From the NCBI GenBank assembly GCA_963708295.1, contig CAVPSJ010000013.1, positions 128,001 through 192,000 on the forward strand: a stretch of 64,000 nt of DNA. The letters are read 5' to 3'. This document shows, piece after piece, positions 10,099-20,592 of this stretch (within the stretch, counting starts at the first letter, position 1; every line of letters starts with the position of its first letter). The translations under genes and the position numbers were made by a program. Below the pieces are notes generated by a model. That model had not been told where the DNA came from. It did no database searches and saw only the letters and a program-made list of their open reading frames with translations. The DNA comes from an uncultured delta proteobacterium. GTDB taxonomy: Bacteria > Desulfobacterota > BSN033 > UBA1163.

Positions 10099-11037
10099 CT
10101 ATCGTGTCGGCTGAATGAATTTTGGCAGCCAGGTTACCAGAGTCTCGGCGTACTTGTCGGCCACTGCCCCTTTAATGAGATAATGCCCAGCGCCCTCTAC
10201 CCAAACGATTTCGCGATGCGGAGATGCAGTCAGGCTGTCGTAAATGGCCTGCCCGTTCGGAGGCACTGCTATTTCGTCCTTCAAGCCATGGATAATAAGC
10301 GCCGGAATGGTAATTTGGGGCCCGAACTTCACTGTGCTCGCGTTTGACTCGGCGAGTGCGCCAAAGATATTTACGAAGGTCTGCGCCGAAAGAGTGACTG
10401 TGAGGTTCGGGAACCATCCCGTATAAGACAAGACTTCATTCCCCTTTCCCTGGGCCACTCGATCACGAGCCCCCTGCAGGAAAGCATCGTACCTGGCCCG
10501 TTCGCTTTCGTTCCAGCGAAGCTGTGCTTCAAGGTACGGAGACTTGATGCATCCCATGAAGACAAGGGCACGGACAGAAGGATCTTTTGTCTGGGCCCAA
10601 TAATACATGATGCGTGGGCCCCCGAGACTAACGCCCCAAAGGACGACTTCCGTGAACCCACGGGATTTCGCAAAGCGAATGGCGGCATCAATGTCCTTCA
10701 CGTAGTCCTCGAAGCGTGCGAAAAGCATCCCATGCAGGCCTGCTGTTCGCATGTTCACCGCCAATAAAGCATAGCCCTTGCTGGTGAGGCCTTCCGCAGC
10801 CGGGTTTATTTCGTGGACACCGATGAAGCCTCCGGTCATGCCCGGAATATAGATCACCACTGTCTTGGTCCCACCCGGCGGTAGCCATAGGAGTGCATTG
10901 AGGAGAACCTTGTCCTCGGTCGTGTAGCTCACGAATTCTGCAAGTGGGGCAGCTTGCGCGACCTGCATGAATAACATACATACGACCAATACCCCCATCA
11001 AATAGCCCAAACGGTGTAGACGATACTTTCTATCCAT
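10099..11037 (-). CDS. Secreted alpha/beta hydrolase
   Basis: N-terminal signal peptide (..AQA|AP), GxSxG nucleophile motif (GVSLGG), 'HGLKDE' acid and 'GAGH' His. Confidence 0.8.
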   Translation of the reverse strand: MDRKYRLHRLGYLMGVLVVCMLFMQVAQAAPLAEFVSYTTEDKVLLNALLWLPPGGTKTVVIYIPGMTGGFIGVHEINPAAEGLTSKGYALLAVNMRTAGLHGMLFARFEDYVKDIDAAIRFAKSRGFTEVVLWGVSLGGPRIMYYWAQTKDPSVRALVFMGCIKSPYLEAQLRWNESERARYDAFLQGARDRVAQGKGNEVLSYTGWFPNLTVTLSAQTFVNIFGALAESNASTVKFGPQITIPALIIHGLKDEIAVPPNGQAIYDSLTASPHREIVWVEGAGHYLIKGAVADKYAETLVTWLPKFIQPTR

Positions 11038-11435
11038 GGTTTTTTCCCTCCTTTCGGTTTAGAGGCGAACTGTCCCAATCCCGAGACAGGTCACCTGATA
11101 AAAGAAACTCTTTTACCCTGGTTCCCCTTGAGGTGACCTGGTGAACCGTTCCCCGGACACATACAGAACTGCCAGGCCTTATGTCCCAGCTACGATATTT
11201 CCCTAGATCTAAGACCACGGAAGGCTCTTTTCTTGTCAAAAAGGGGCGAATCGCACAGCACCTTTTCCGAAAAGAAGTTTTAAACAACATCCTAAATCAA
11301 CTACTATCCTGAAATGAATTATTCAGAAGAGGTGAGAGTATACCCCATGATCAATTTGCGATTCCAATATACACTATTTTTAAGAGTCAGGGAAGAGAAA
11401 GCTTTGGGAAAGGAGTAGCCCCTCACCATTCTCAT

Positions 11436-12359
11436 TTACTCTTTTTGACGCATCTCTATCGGGGTACAAGGGGAAGTTTTTTCTTTGGCCACCTGGAGAA
11501 GCACAATCGCGGCAATGACCCCGATGCCGCCCAGCACCTGGAGTGGGGACAATACTTCTCCCAAAACAAAATAGGCGGTGATGCCCGCCACCACGGGTTC
11601 CCAGGTGGCTGTGATGCTTGCCCGGGTTGCACGAACCCGCTCGATCCCCTTGAAGTAGAGGCCGAAGGGAATCAAGGTCGAAAAGATAGCAATATAAAGA
11701 AAAGCCATCCAGATTTTGAACGGATAATCTTCCCTGATCACCTTGACCGGTGAGATAAGAATCCAGTAAAAGATCGCGCCGAACCCAAAACCATAAAGAA
11801 TGAGGGTCCAGGAGTCGTACTTTTTGAGTCCCTTCTCTCCATAAAGGGCATAAAAGGAGAAAAAGAGCGAAGAAATCAGGCCGCTCACAATCCCGATCCG
11901 GTTTAATCTCAACAGGTCCAATCGATATCCGCCCACGGTAAGATAGCATCCCAGGAGGGCCAAAAGCAGGGCTGCAATTTTTCTCCTTGAGAGGGGTTCT
12001 TTCTGGAAAAGAAAAGCATAGAGTGCAATCCAGACAGGGGAGAGATACTGAATCAAAACAGCGGGGCCGACGTGGATCTTACTGATCGTGTAGTAATAAG
12101 TAAACTGGACGCCGGCGACGCCCACAAAGCCTAGCACAAAAAAATAGGGGAGGTCATGGTATGAAATAATAATCCTCTTTCGGTCGAAAATGAGGAGGAT
12201 CAATAGAAGCGTAACCGTGGCGAGGGTCAGCCGGATTTGAACCAATTCGGCGGGAGGGAGTCCGATGATGAAAAGGGATTTAGCCACCACGCTCGAGACA
12301 CCCCAGAGTGTCGTTCCGATCAAAATATAGATATACCCGGTTCCCTCAGTTTTCTTCAT
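11436..12359 (-). CDS. EamA/DMT family transporter
   Basis: About 10 TM helices in two EamA repeats; 'QYLSPV' and 'WEPVVA' motifs. Start placed at ATG of MKKTEG. Confidence 0.88.
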   Translation of the reverse strand: MKKTEGTGYIYILIGTTLWGVSSVVAKSLFIIGLPPAELVQIRLTLATVTLLLILLIFDRKRIIISYHDLPYFFVLGFVGVAGVQFTYYYTISKIHVGPAVLIQYLSPVWIALYAFLFQKEPLSRRKIAALLLALLGCYLTVGGYRLDLLRLNRIGIVSGLISSLFFSFYALYGEKGLKKYDSWTLILYGFGFGAIFYWILISPVKVIREDYPFKIWMAFLYIAIFSTLIPFGLYFKGIERVRATRASITATWEPVVAGITAYFVLGEVLSPLQVLGGIGVIAAIVLLQVAKEKTSPCTPIEMRQKE

Positions 12360-12563
12360 GGATGGGCATCCTTGCACAGGTCCCAGGTGTCAACCAACCC
12401 TTCGACGTTCCGCGATCTCATGCCCCCGTGGTTTGCCCCTCGGCCTGAGCGGGTCGAAGGTTCAGCCTGTTTGCCGGTAGGCAGGGGTTGATACCGAGAG
12501 ACGCTTCTTCGGCCGTCCCCAAGAATGGGGGTGGCGCCGTCAAATATCAAGTCGAACGGGTGT

Positions 12564-13748
12564 CTATCTCGGCAGAGAAATAAAACTCGTATGTCGTGAA
12601 AGCTTTCCATCTTTGACGATAAAGATCCTGGATTCCATGCTGGGGCGATGATCTTTTGGAGTAATGGTAAGGGGGGGGGTGAGGCCTCCTGTGACGAAAC
12701 TCCTCATACCTTCTAATGCAGATTTAACGCTCGCGCGAGAAACTCCTTGCTTTGTGAAAGACTTTCTTAAAGCCTCTGAGATGACCTGGGCCGTCGCCCA
12801 ACCTTCCACATAAGAGAGGGTATGAGAATCGAAGGGGTGCCATTTCTGATGGCCTTCTTTGATCGCGGCCATGCCGGGAATGCCCTCTCCGAAAGGAGAG
12901 ATGGGCTGCACGCCGAGAACACCATCGAAAGGCAAGAGATTTTCGTCGAAGGCCCTCATGGTGCAAATCCACTGGGTCTTTTTAATATCCGCTTTCCTGA
13001 CCTCCAGCAAAAGAGAGGAGGCTTCCTTAGAGGTGAGGCTCACGTAGGCGAAGTCCGGGTTGTAGGAATTGATCGTCGCGAGGAGAGAGGGGAGGTATTT
13101 TTCCGCTTTCCCTCCGAGCTGCGACAAATCGGAGATCCAGACATCCGGTCCGATGTCGATACCCAAGGCTCTGGCATATTCCTTCGCTTCATCTAAAAAA
13201 TGACCACCCAGATGGTCAGAGGACCCGATAAAGATGACTTTAGGTTTTCTCACTTTAATTCCGGATTTATCCGATACGAAATTCATTGCGATTTTTGCCA
13301 GATCGAGTTGGGTCGGAAGGATTGAGAAAACATAGGGATATTTGGACACGTCGGCAAATTGGGAAGGGAAGGGGCTGACAAACGTAGGGATTTGGTCATA
13401 TTGGAAATGGGGAGCTAGGGCAAAAGCTGTCTCCGTGGAATAAATGAAAAGAATCGGAATACGATCTGCTTCATTCAGTTTTCGGTAGGCCGCCATAAAC
13501 TCAGCCGGTTGGGAGGTATCGTCGACGAGAAGGATCTCCAGTTTTCTTCCGGAGACTCCCTCGTGTTGATTGATCCATTTCGCTCCGTCCAACATCCCCC
13601 TGGCACATTCCCTTCCTGAATCTCCCCATCGGCCTGAGTAGGGGATTAAAGCTCCCACCTTGAAAGCAGGCTGGCTGAGGCCGATTTCAGGAAGGATGAG
13701 GATGAGGATAAGGACAAGCGCCAAGAGAAAAGAAGAAAGTGTTTTCAT
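12564..13748 (-). CDS. Branched-chain amino acid-type ABC substrate-binding protein (orphan)
   Basis: Signal peptide, 'KVGALIPYSG' and 'INQHEGVSGRKLE..DD' LivJ-type motifs, C-terminal 'TPKDH'. Confidence 0.8.
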   Translation of the reverse strand: MKTLSSFLLALVLILILILPEIGLSQPAFKVGALIPYSGRWGDSGRECARGMLDGAKWINQHEGVSGRKLEILLVDDTSQPAEFMAAYRKLNEADRIPILFIYSTETAFALAPHFQYDQIPTFVSPFPSQFADVSKYPYVFSILPTQLDLAKIAMNFVSDKSGIKVRKPKVIFIGSSDHLGGHFLDEAKEYARALGIDIGPDVWISDLSQLGGKAEKYLPSLLATINSYNPDFAYVSLTSKEASSLLLEVRKADIKKTQWICTMRAFDENLLPFDGVLGVQPISPFGEGIPGMAAIKEGHQKWHPFDSHTLSYVEGWATAQVISEALRKSFTKQGVSRASVKSALEGMRSFVTGGLTPPLTITPKDHRPSMESRIFIVKDGKLSRHTSFISLPR

Positions 13749-13817
13749 GATTCGTTTGGAAATTGATTTTCAGTTTCTATATCTGCTGACGAGTATCCAC
13801 TCGCTACGATCCGGCTC

Positions 13818-14408
13818 TTAAGTGCTGGTCGCATAGAGCACAGCCAAAATGGTCGTCACCCGATCCTGATAACATTGGACGCGATGAGGAATGTTAGAAT
13901 CATAATATATCGAATCCCCTGGGTAAAGGACATCGGTATGGTTTCCCAGGATGACCTCCATGGCCCCTTCCAGAACGAAGATAAATTCCTCACCGTCGTG
14001 AACAGAGGTTTTGGAGGTCTTAACGGTGGCGGGTTCCAGCATCACAATGAACGGCTCCATATGGCGGTTTTTCTTCTCAAATCCCAAAGACTCGTAAGAA
14101 TAACCGTACTTGACTCCCTCTTTTGAGGCAAATCGAGAAACCGTCTTTCGTTCATCCTTCCTCACGATCGCGAAAGGTTCTCCTTCTGTTTCACCCAAAA
14201 AGTCACCCACCTTGACTCCCAATGCTTTCGCCAGCTTGATCATCGTTCCAAGGGAAGGGGAAACGAGATGGTTTTCCATCTGGGAGAGTAAGGCAGTAGA
14301 AAATCCAGTTAAGTCGGCCAAATCCTTCAGCGAAAGGCCCTTCTGCTCCCTCAACGTTTTCACCTTTTCCCCAACGTGGATTTCTTCAACACCCTTCTCT
14401 TCTTCCAT
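13818..14408 (-). CDS. XRE-family HTH + cupin transcriptional regulator
   Basis: 'LREQKGLSLKDLA..LSQMEN..SPSL' HTH; cupin motif 'HDGEEFIFVLEG..GDSIYYDSNIPH'. Confidence 0.9.
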   Translation of the reverse strand: MEEEKGVEEIHVGEKVKTLREQKGLSLKDLADLTGFSTALLSQMENHLVSPSLGTMIKLAKALGVKVGDFLGETEGEPFAIVRKDERKTVSRFASKEGVKYGYSYESLGFEKKNRHMEPFIVMLEPATVKTSKTSVHDGEEFIFVLEGAMEVILGNHTDVLYPGDSIYYDSNIPHRVQCYQDRVTTILAVLYATST

Positions 14409-14447
14409 GTTTTTTCCCTTCCTGAACCCTGCGCGATTCAAGGCCCT

Positions 14448-15014
14448 TTAAATCGATTCAGCAAACTTGGCTCCGATTTCGATGCCCTTGGTATTGGATG
14501 GAATGAGATGATGATATCGCTCATCAAGCACCTTTTCCAAAGACTGAAACAGAGAGCTCATCTGAACCAGTTTGGTTTTTTGGTTGAAAGCGCCTAAGGC
14601 GATCATGTTCGCCAATTTGGGGTTTCCATGATCAATCGCAATCTCATTGACGGGAACGGAAAGAATTTGAATGTCCTTTCGATAGGTCTCCTTGGGCTCA
14701 ATGAGAGAGGAGTTGATGAACAAAAGGCCATTGGGCTGAATGGACGGTTCGTATTTCGTCAAAGAAGGCAGATTCATTACAATGGCGGCACGGGGTCTTC
14801 CCACGACAGGAGATCCGATCGGGCGAGAAGAGATCACGATCGTGCAATTGGCCGTTCCACCTCTCATCTCGACTCCGTAAACGGGTAGATAAGTGACATA
14901 TCTGCCTTCAGTCATCGCAGCATGGGCAAGAAGGTTTCCGATGACCAGGACCCCCTGTCCTCCAAATCCCGCAACAATAACATCGTAGTAGAAATGATTA
15001 CTTTCTGTATTCAT
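14448..15014 (-). CDS. 2-oxoacid:ferredoxin oxidoreductase gamma subunit
   Basis: Motifs AGFGGQG, YGVEMRGGTANC and NMIALGA. Confidence 0.92.
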   Translation of the reverse strand: MNTESNHFYYDVIVAGFGGQGVLVIGNLLAHAAMTEGRYVTYLPVYGVEMRGGTANCTIVISSRPIGSPVVGRPRAAIVMNLPSLTKYEPSIQPNGLLFINSSLIEPKETYRKDIQILSVPVNEIAIDHGNPKLANMIALGAFNQKTKLVQMSSLFQSLEKVLDERYHHLIPSNTKGIEIGAKFAESI

Positions 15015-15337
15015 TCGTTCCTCAATATCCTCTCACCCCGCTTTCCCCCCCCCGAAAACCATGTCATCATTAACGAAAAACGACTTCCCTTGCAAGATGG
15101 GACAAACGGTCAGGGGACGAAGCTTTAGGCCTGCCTGCGCGAAGCCGCTTCGGCGAAGGCAGGGCGGAACCCTTTTATCGGCCAGCTACTGGGCTACAAG
15201 CCCTTGAAAAGATCGTATTTCCGACAAACTTGATCACCCATCACACTAAAATGACCGCATGCTTAAGATGAGGAGCCTGACTGTCTGTCCCGTCCACGCT
15301 CCGAAGAAAGAGGAACGGTGAGGGGAATCGTCACTCA

Positions 15338-16090
15338 TCACAGGGAATCCGCCATTTTCCGCTCTTTCAGGATGCCCAAGGGGAAGTAAGGAATCATTTC
15401 CTCTTCAACCCTACGATTGGCCTCCAGAGCCGTCATTCCCCAATTGGTGGGACAGGCCAGTAACATCTCGACAAAAGAAAAACCCATCTCTTCAATCTGC
15501 ATCTGAAAGGCCTTACGGATGGCTCTTTTTGCCTTCATCAAATTGGCGGGATTGTTGACAGCCACCCTGGCCACGAAGGCGCTTCCTTCCAGGGTCGCTA
15601 ACATCTCCGCCATTCGGATGGGATAGCCGTTGCAAGTAAAGTCTCTTCCGTAAGGGCTCGTGCTTGTCTTTTGTCCAAGAAGCGTTGTGGGCGCCATTTG
15701 ACCACCCGTCATTCCATAAATTCCGTTGTTGGCAAAGATGAGGGTGATGTTTTCACCGCGATTGGCCGTATGAATCCCTTCTGCAATCCCGATGGCCGCG
15801 AGGTCTCCATCCCCCTGGTAAGTGAAGACGATTCGGTCTTTTCGGGCCCGTTTCACCCCGGAGGCCACCGCCGAAGCTCTTCCATGGGGTGCCTCTAAGA
15901 CGTCGATATTGAAATAATCGTACATAAAAACAGAGCACCCCACGGAGGCCACCCCGATCGTTTTTTCCCTCAGCTTGAAATAGTCAATGGCCTCTGCCAC
16001 CAACCGGTGAGCGATACCATGGTGACATCCAGGGCAAAAATGGAACGGAATATCAATCAAACAATCTGGGCGCTTAAAAACAAGTTCCAT
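15338..16090 (-). CDS. 2-oxoacid:ferredoxin oxidoreductase beta (TPP-binding) subunit
   Basis: [12 protein letters not shown] and the TPP motif [15 protein letters not shown]. Confidence 0.92.
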   Translation of the reverse strand: MELVFKRPDCLIDIPFHFCPGCHHGIAHRLVAEAIDYFKLREKTIGVASVGCSVFMYDYFNIDVLEAPHGRASAVASGVKRARKDRIVFTYQGDGDLAAIGIAEGIHTANRGENITLIFANNGIYGMTGGQMAPTTLLGQKTSTSPYGRDFTCNGYPIRMAEMLATLEGSAFVARVAVNNPANLMKAKRAIRKAFQMQIEEMGFSFVEMLLACPTNWGMTALEANRRVEEEMIPYFPLGILKERKMADSL

Positions 16091-16104
16091 TTCTTAAACC
16101 CTCC

Positions 16105-16268
16105 AAATTCTAAATCCGAATATCGAAATCCGAAACAATATCAAAATGCGAATGACCAAATGATCTAAGCTTGTTTCTTCTTCTCATTTCAATCTTGAAT
16201 TCCGGTCATTTGAAATTGTTTCGAATTGATCCCTCCGGGATGCTTCGCCCGGATTTCGTGCTTCGAAA
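16105..16268. repeat. 7-nt periodic imperfect inverted repeat (AAATCCG family)
   Basis: aaatccg aatatcg aaatccg ... cggattt cgtgctt cgaaat; same family as 44865-45020. Confidence 0.7.
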
Positions 16269-16279
16269 TGAGAGTCCGT

Positions 16280-17341
16280 TCAGTAGTATTTTTTAATCTC
16301 CTCCAATATCTCTTCAGGGGAGGGGAGAGAGCCGGGTGGCCTCCCGTAGAAACTGACGTGGGCATCCCGCTCCACCGAAAGCTTCACGTCTTCCACCATC
16401 TGTCCTGTATTCAATTCAACCGTTAAAAACCGTTTAACTCGCCGGGAAAGTTCATCAAAGGCTTTTTCTGGAAAAGGAAAGAGCGTGACGGGTCTGAGAA
16501 GTCCCACGTTCATCCCTTCCTCCCTCGCCAACTCAACAGAAGTTCTCGATACCCTGGCCATACTGCCAAATGCTGCGACAATCAGTTTTGCATCCTCAGT
16601 AAGAAAATTTTCGAAGGAGACCTCCTCTTTTTTCATCTGTTCATATTTATGATGGAGCTTCCAGTTGTGCTCAGAAAGCTCACCATCCTGGAGATAAAGG
16701 GACTTCAAGCGATTAGGTTTTCTCCCCGTTGCTCCGGTCAGGGCCCAGTCTTTTGGAGGGAGGTCCGTCCCTGCAGGTTTTCTCCTCACGAGAGGTTCTT
16801 TCATCTGTCCGATCAGGGCATCACCCAGAATCATGGCAGGATTTCGGTATTTGTCGGAAAGATCGAAGGCAAGGCAGGTCAAGTCATACATTTCCTGAAC
16901 CGAGGAAGGGGCAAGGACGATCATTCGATAATCTCCGTGTCCTCCGCCGCGGGTGGCCTGAAAATAGTCTCCTTGGGAAGGAGAGATTCCCCCCAGTCCC
17001 GGTCCACTCCTGGAAATATTGACGATAAGCCCCGGGAGCTCACTTCCCGCCATATAGGAGATTCCCTCCTGCATCAGAGAGATCCCAGGACTCGAAGATG
17101 AAGTCATGGCCCTTGCTCCGGTGGCTGATGCCCCTAAGAGGAGATTGATGGAGGCAATCTCGCTTTCCGCTTGAATGAACTCTCCACCCAAAGCAGGAAG
17201 ATGTTTGGAAAGATATTCGGGGATGTCGTTCTGAGGGGTGATGGGATATCCGAAATAGAGGAGACATCCCGAGTCAATGGCAGCCATGGCGATGGCTTCA
17301 TTTCCTTTGGCCAATATTTTTTCAGAATGTTGTTCCATCAA
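16280..17341 (-). CDS. vorB: 2-oxoacid:ferredoxin oxidoreductase alpha subunit (3-methyl-2-oxobutanoate dehydrogenase type)
   Basis: Motifs KGNEAIA, YFGYPITPQ, QAESEIAS, TSSSSPGISL and GGGHGDY. Confidence 0.9.
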   Translation of the reverse strand: MMEQHSEKILAKGNEAIAMAAIDSGCLLYFGYPITPQNDIPEYLSKHLPALGGEFIQAESEIASINLLLGASATGARAMTSSSSPGISLMQEGISYMAGSELPGLIVNISRSGPGLGGISPSQGDYFQATRGGGHGDYRMIVLAPSSVQEMYDLTCLAFDLSDKYRNPAMILGDALIGQMKEPLVRRKPAGTDLPPKDWALTGATGRKPNRLKSLYLQDGELSEHNWKLHHKYEQMKKEEVSFENFLTEDAKLIVAAFGSMARVSRTSVELAREEGMNVGLLRPVTLFPFPEKAFDELSRRVKRFLTVELNTGQMVEDVKLSVERDAHVSFYGRPPGSLPSPEEILEEIKKYY

Positions 17342-17443
17342 GCTTCAAGCCTTTCCTTACAATTTACCGTTTCCTTTTGCGCTCTTACTTTCTCTGAGAC
17401 CTTAACTCCCTATCTCCCGGTCTCACCATCTCCCAATCTATCT

Positions 17444-17650
17444 TCATCCCTTCCATACCCGGATGGCGACATCAGGGCAGATCTCTCCACAAATAGCGCA
17501 CCCTGTACACTGTCCATCCGTGCTCCAAACGACATAAAAGTACCCCTGACGATTGATTTCCTCCCCAATCTTAATAAGGGTCTTCGGACAAGCAATCGTA
17601 CAGAGTCCACATCCTTTGCATCGCTCTCGGTCGATTTCAATCTTGGCCAT
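17444..17650 (-). CDS. 2x[4Fe-4S] ferredoxin (oxidoreductase delta subunit)
   Basis: CKGCGLCTIACP and CTGCAICGEICP; first gene of the oxidoreductase operon. Confidence 0.9.
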   Translation of the reverse strand: MAKIEIDRERCKGCGLCTIACPKTLIKIGEEINRQGYFYVVWSTDGQCTGCAICGEICPDVAIRVWKG

Positions 17651-17938
17651 GACTCACCAGTAATAAAAATTGGAATTCAGACAAGTCCCGCTTATTTGCC
17701 CGGGTGACAATTTATAGGAAAATTAATAACATATCATGTCAAAAAATAAAAGTCTTGTACCCAAGCCCTGACGGTTGGATTCGGTCCCGACCGAGGGCTG
17801 AGCAGGCAAAGGGTTCTCGGGAAGAACGGGGAGCCCCACCACCATTCTCGACGAACAAATATAGCTTGACGGGAAATATTAAGAATGCTATTCAATAAAA
17901 GTTCATTTGCGAAATGAATCCTTAAGGAGGAGTCACTT

Positions 17939-20146
17939 ATGAAAAAATCTTCAAAAAAATCTTTGAAAAAACCTTCCAAGAAGCCTTTAAAAAAGCCTTT
18001 GAGAAAGGCTGGGAAAAAGGCTTTGAAGAAACCTTCCAAGAAGCCCTTGAAAAAAACTTCGAGAAAACTCTTAAAGAAACCGGCGAAGAAGCTTACCGTG
18101 AAGATTGCAAGAAAGCCTTCGAAGAAGCCTCCGAAGAAACGATCTATAAAACCATCGGTAAAACCATCGGTAAAACCTCTCAAACCATTAAAGAAGCCTT
18201 TATGGATACCCTCCGAGGCCAATATCAAAAATGCCAACGTGACTCGATTTATTGAGTTTGTGAATGGCAGGTTTGGCAAGAAATTTAATAGTTACGATGA
18301 CTTGTATCAGTGGTCCGTTGACTCCATTCCTGATTTCTGGGCTGGCGTGTGGGATTTTGTAGGGGTCAAAGCCTCAAGAAAGTGGGATCAGGTGGTGGAT
18401 GACTTGAAAAAGTTCCCGGGGGCAAAGTGGTTTGTCGGGGCAAGGCTCAATTTCGCGGAGAATCTATTGCGGTATCGGGACGACCGGCTGGCCTTTCTGT
18501 TCAAGGGAGAGACACAGAAATCTGCCAAAATGACGTATAAAGAACTTTATAACACGGTGGCCCGGCTGGCCAAATCTTTGCGGGAAATAGGCATTCAGCC
18601 AGGAGACCGGATCGCTGGCTATATGCCGAACATGATGGAAACGGCTATCGGCATGCTCGCAGCGACCAGCATCGGAGCTGTCTGGTCTTCTTGCGCCACA
18701 GACATCGGGTCGCAGGCTGCGCTGGATCGACTCGGGCAAATAGAACCTAAGGTCTTAATCTCCGTAGATGGATATTTTTATAAGGCAAAACCCTTCAACA
18801 CCCTGGGGAATGTGGCAGAGGTGGCCAAAGCGATCCCTTCCCTCAGGAAGGTTATTATTGTTTCCTATACGGGGACGAAACCGGATATCGGGAACATTCC
18901 CAATGCGGTCTACTACGAAGACTTCCTGTCTGCGGAAAAGGAACCTGGCTTGGAGTTTGAACAATTGCCTTTTGATCATCCCATCTTCATCATGTTCTCC
19001 TCCGGAACGACCGGGAAGCCTAAATGCATGGTGCAGGGAGCGGGCGGTATCTTACTCCACCATATGAAAGAGCTTATACTCCACAGCGATCTCAAGCGCG
19101 AGGACAAAGTTTTCTACATTACCACATGCAGCTGGATGATGTGGAACTGGTTGATCAGTACCCTAGGCGTAGGCTCCACAATCGTCTTGTATGATGGCAA
19201 CCCGAACTACCCCGATGCCGGGGCGATGTGGAAGATGGTACAGGACGAAAAGATAAGCTTTTTCGGTCTCAGCGCATCGTATATCAACTATCTCCGGGGC
19301 GAAGGGATTCAACCCGGAAAGACGTACGATCTTTCCTCTCTTCGAGAGATTTCTCAAACAGGTTCTCCACTGTCAAAGGAAGGGTTCGAGTGGATCTACG
19401 AGGAAGTGAAAAAGGACCTCCATTTCAATTCCATCGCAGGGGGCACGGACATCAACGGTTGTTTTGCCATCGGCAGCCCGATTCAACGTGTTTACGCCGG
19501 GGAGCTTCAAGGGCCGGGCCTGGGCATGAAGGTGAAGGCATATGACGAAAACGGGAAGCCGGTCTGGGATAAGGAGGGAGAGTTGGTATGTGAAGCTCCT
19601 GCTCCATGCATGCCGCTCTATTTCTGGAATGATCCCAACGGGGAAAAATATAAGAGCGCTTACTTCGAATATTATCCCAATGTCTGGCGCCACGGTGACT
19701 ATGTCGTCTTTCACAGTGACACCCAGGGGATCACCTTTTACGGCCGTTCCGACGCCGTTTTAAAACCTTCGGGAGTCCGGATCGGCACGGCTGAAATCTA
19801 TAACGTGGTGGAGAGGATCGAAGGAATCGCCGACAGCTTGGCCATTGGACAGAATTGGGAGGGCGAACAGCGCATCATCCTCTTCGTAAAGTTGGCAGCG
19901 GGTGCCCAGTTGACGGATGCATTGAAGGATAGCGTGAAGAAAGCACTGAAGGAAAAAGCCTCTCCCCGCCATGTTCCGGCAATCATCCTGGAGATGCCCG
20001 ATGCTCCCTATACCTTGAATATGAAAAAGGTGGAAAGTGCTGTCACCAATATTATCCATGGAAGACCGGTTCTGAACAGGGATGCTTTGAGCAATCCGCA
20101 GGTCCTGGATTACTTCGAGAAGATCGTTCCGGACCTTCAAAAATGA
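17939..20146 (+). CDS. Acetoacetate--CoA ligase with a Lys/Pro-rich N-terminal extension
   Basis: FSSGTTGKPKC, WMMWNWL, SIAGGTD, WRHGD and GRSDAVLKPSGVRIGTAEIY are typical of acetoacetyl-CoA synthetases. AAGGAGG RBS precedes the extended start. Confidence 0.92.
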   Translation: MKKSSKKSLKKPSKKPLKKPLRKAGKKALKKPSKKPLKKTSRKLLKKPAKKLTVKIARKPSKKPPKKRSIKPSVKPSVKPLKPLKKPLWIPSEANIKNANVTRFIEFVNGRFGKKFNSYDDLYQWSVDSIPDFWAGVWDFVGVKASRKWDQVVDDLKKFPGAKWFVGARLNFAENLLRYRDDRLAFLFKGETQKSAKMTYKELYNTVARLAKSLREIGIQPGDRIAGYMPNMMETAIGMLAATSIGAVWSSCATDIGSQAALDRLGQIEPKVLISVDGYFYKAKPFNTLGNVAEVAKAIPSLRKVIIVSYTGTKPDIGNIPNAVYYEDFLSAEKEPGLEFEQLPFDHPIFIMFSSGTTGKPKCMVQGAGGILLHHMKELILHSDLKREDKVFYITTCSWMMWNWLISTLGVGSTIVLYDGNPNYPDAGAMWKMVQDEKISFFGLSASYINYLRGEGIQPGKTYDLSSLREISQTGSPLSKEGFEWIYEEVKKDLHFNSIAGGTDINGCFAIGSPIQRVYAGELQGPGLGMKVKAYDENGKPVWDKEGELVCEAPAPCMPLYFWNDPNGEKYKSAYFEYYPNVWRHGDYVVFHSDTQGITFYGRSDAVLKPSGVRIGTAEIYNVVERIEGIADSLAIGQNWEGEQRIILFVKLAAGAQLTDALKDSVKKALKEKASPRHVPAIILEMPDAPYTLNMKKVESAVTNIIHGRPVLNRDALSNPQVLDYFEKIVPDLQK

Positions 20147-20148
20147 AC

Positions 20149-20204
20149 AGTTCGGAGCAATTCGTTCGGTGTTCGGAGACATAAAAATACTCCGAACTCC
20201 GAAC
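20149..20204. repeat. 7-nt periodic inverted repeat (GTTCGGA / TCCGAAC)
   Basis: gttcggag..gttcggt gttcgga ... tccgaac tccgaac. Confidence 0.6.
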
Positions 20205-20213
20205 TTTCTCATC

Positions 20214-20591
20214 ATGACATTGACCCGAAAAGAGTTTGAGGAGTTGGTGGTTTTAGCGCTGAGGAGACTTCCCAAGTTCTTTAAAAAGAAGATGAAGAAT
20301 ATGGATGTCGTGGTGGAGGACCGGGCCTCACGAGATCTTCTTTCAGAGATGGGACTCCGATCCCCATTTGAATTATTAGGCCTTTATCAGGGGGTGCCCT
20401 TAGACCGAAGAGGGTTTTATTATGGGAATGTCCTTCCGGACAAGATCACACTCTTCCAGAGCCCGATCGAGTCGATGTGTCAAACCAAGGAGGAGATCGA
20501 AGAAAAAGTCAAAGAGGTTGTAATCCACGAAGTTGGGCATTACTTCGGATTGGACGACCAGAGGTTAAGGGAACTGGAGCGAGGCGAATAA
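20214..20591 (+). CDS. Zinicin-like (minimal zincin) metallopeptidase
   Basis: Motifs 'LLGLYQGVP', 'PDKITLF' and HEVGHYFG (HExxH). Confidence 0.88.
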   Translation: MTLTRKEFEELVVLALRRLPKFFKKKMKNMDVVVEDRASRDLLSEMGLRSPFELLGLYQGVPLDRRGFYYGNVLPDKITLFQSPIESMCQTKEEIEEKVKEVVIHEVGHYFGLDDQRLRELERGE

Positions 20592-20592
20592 C

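Noticed and set aside
15098-15192. Resemblance to a c-di-GMP-I riboswitch (GGGACG.AAGC..CGGCCAGCTAC)
   Set aside because: It lacks the GAAA-tetraloop P2 stem, is antisense to the surrounding operon and is interrupted by a REP-like hairpin.
17734-18279. Phe-rich 181-aa minus-strand ORF
   Set aside because: Antisense mirror of the Lys-repeat extension (AAG/AAA read as CTT/TTT).
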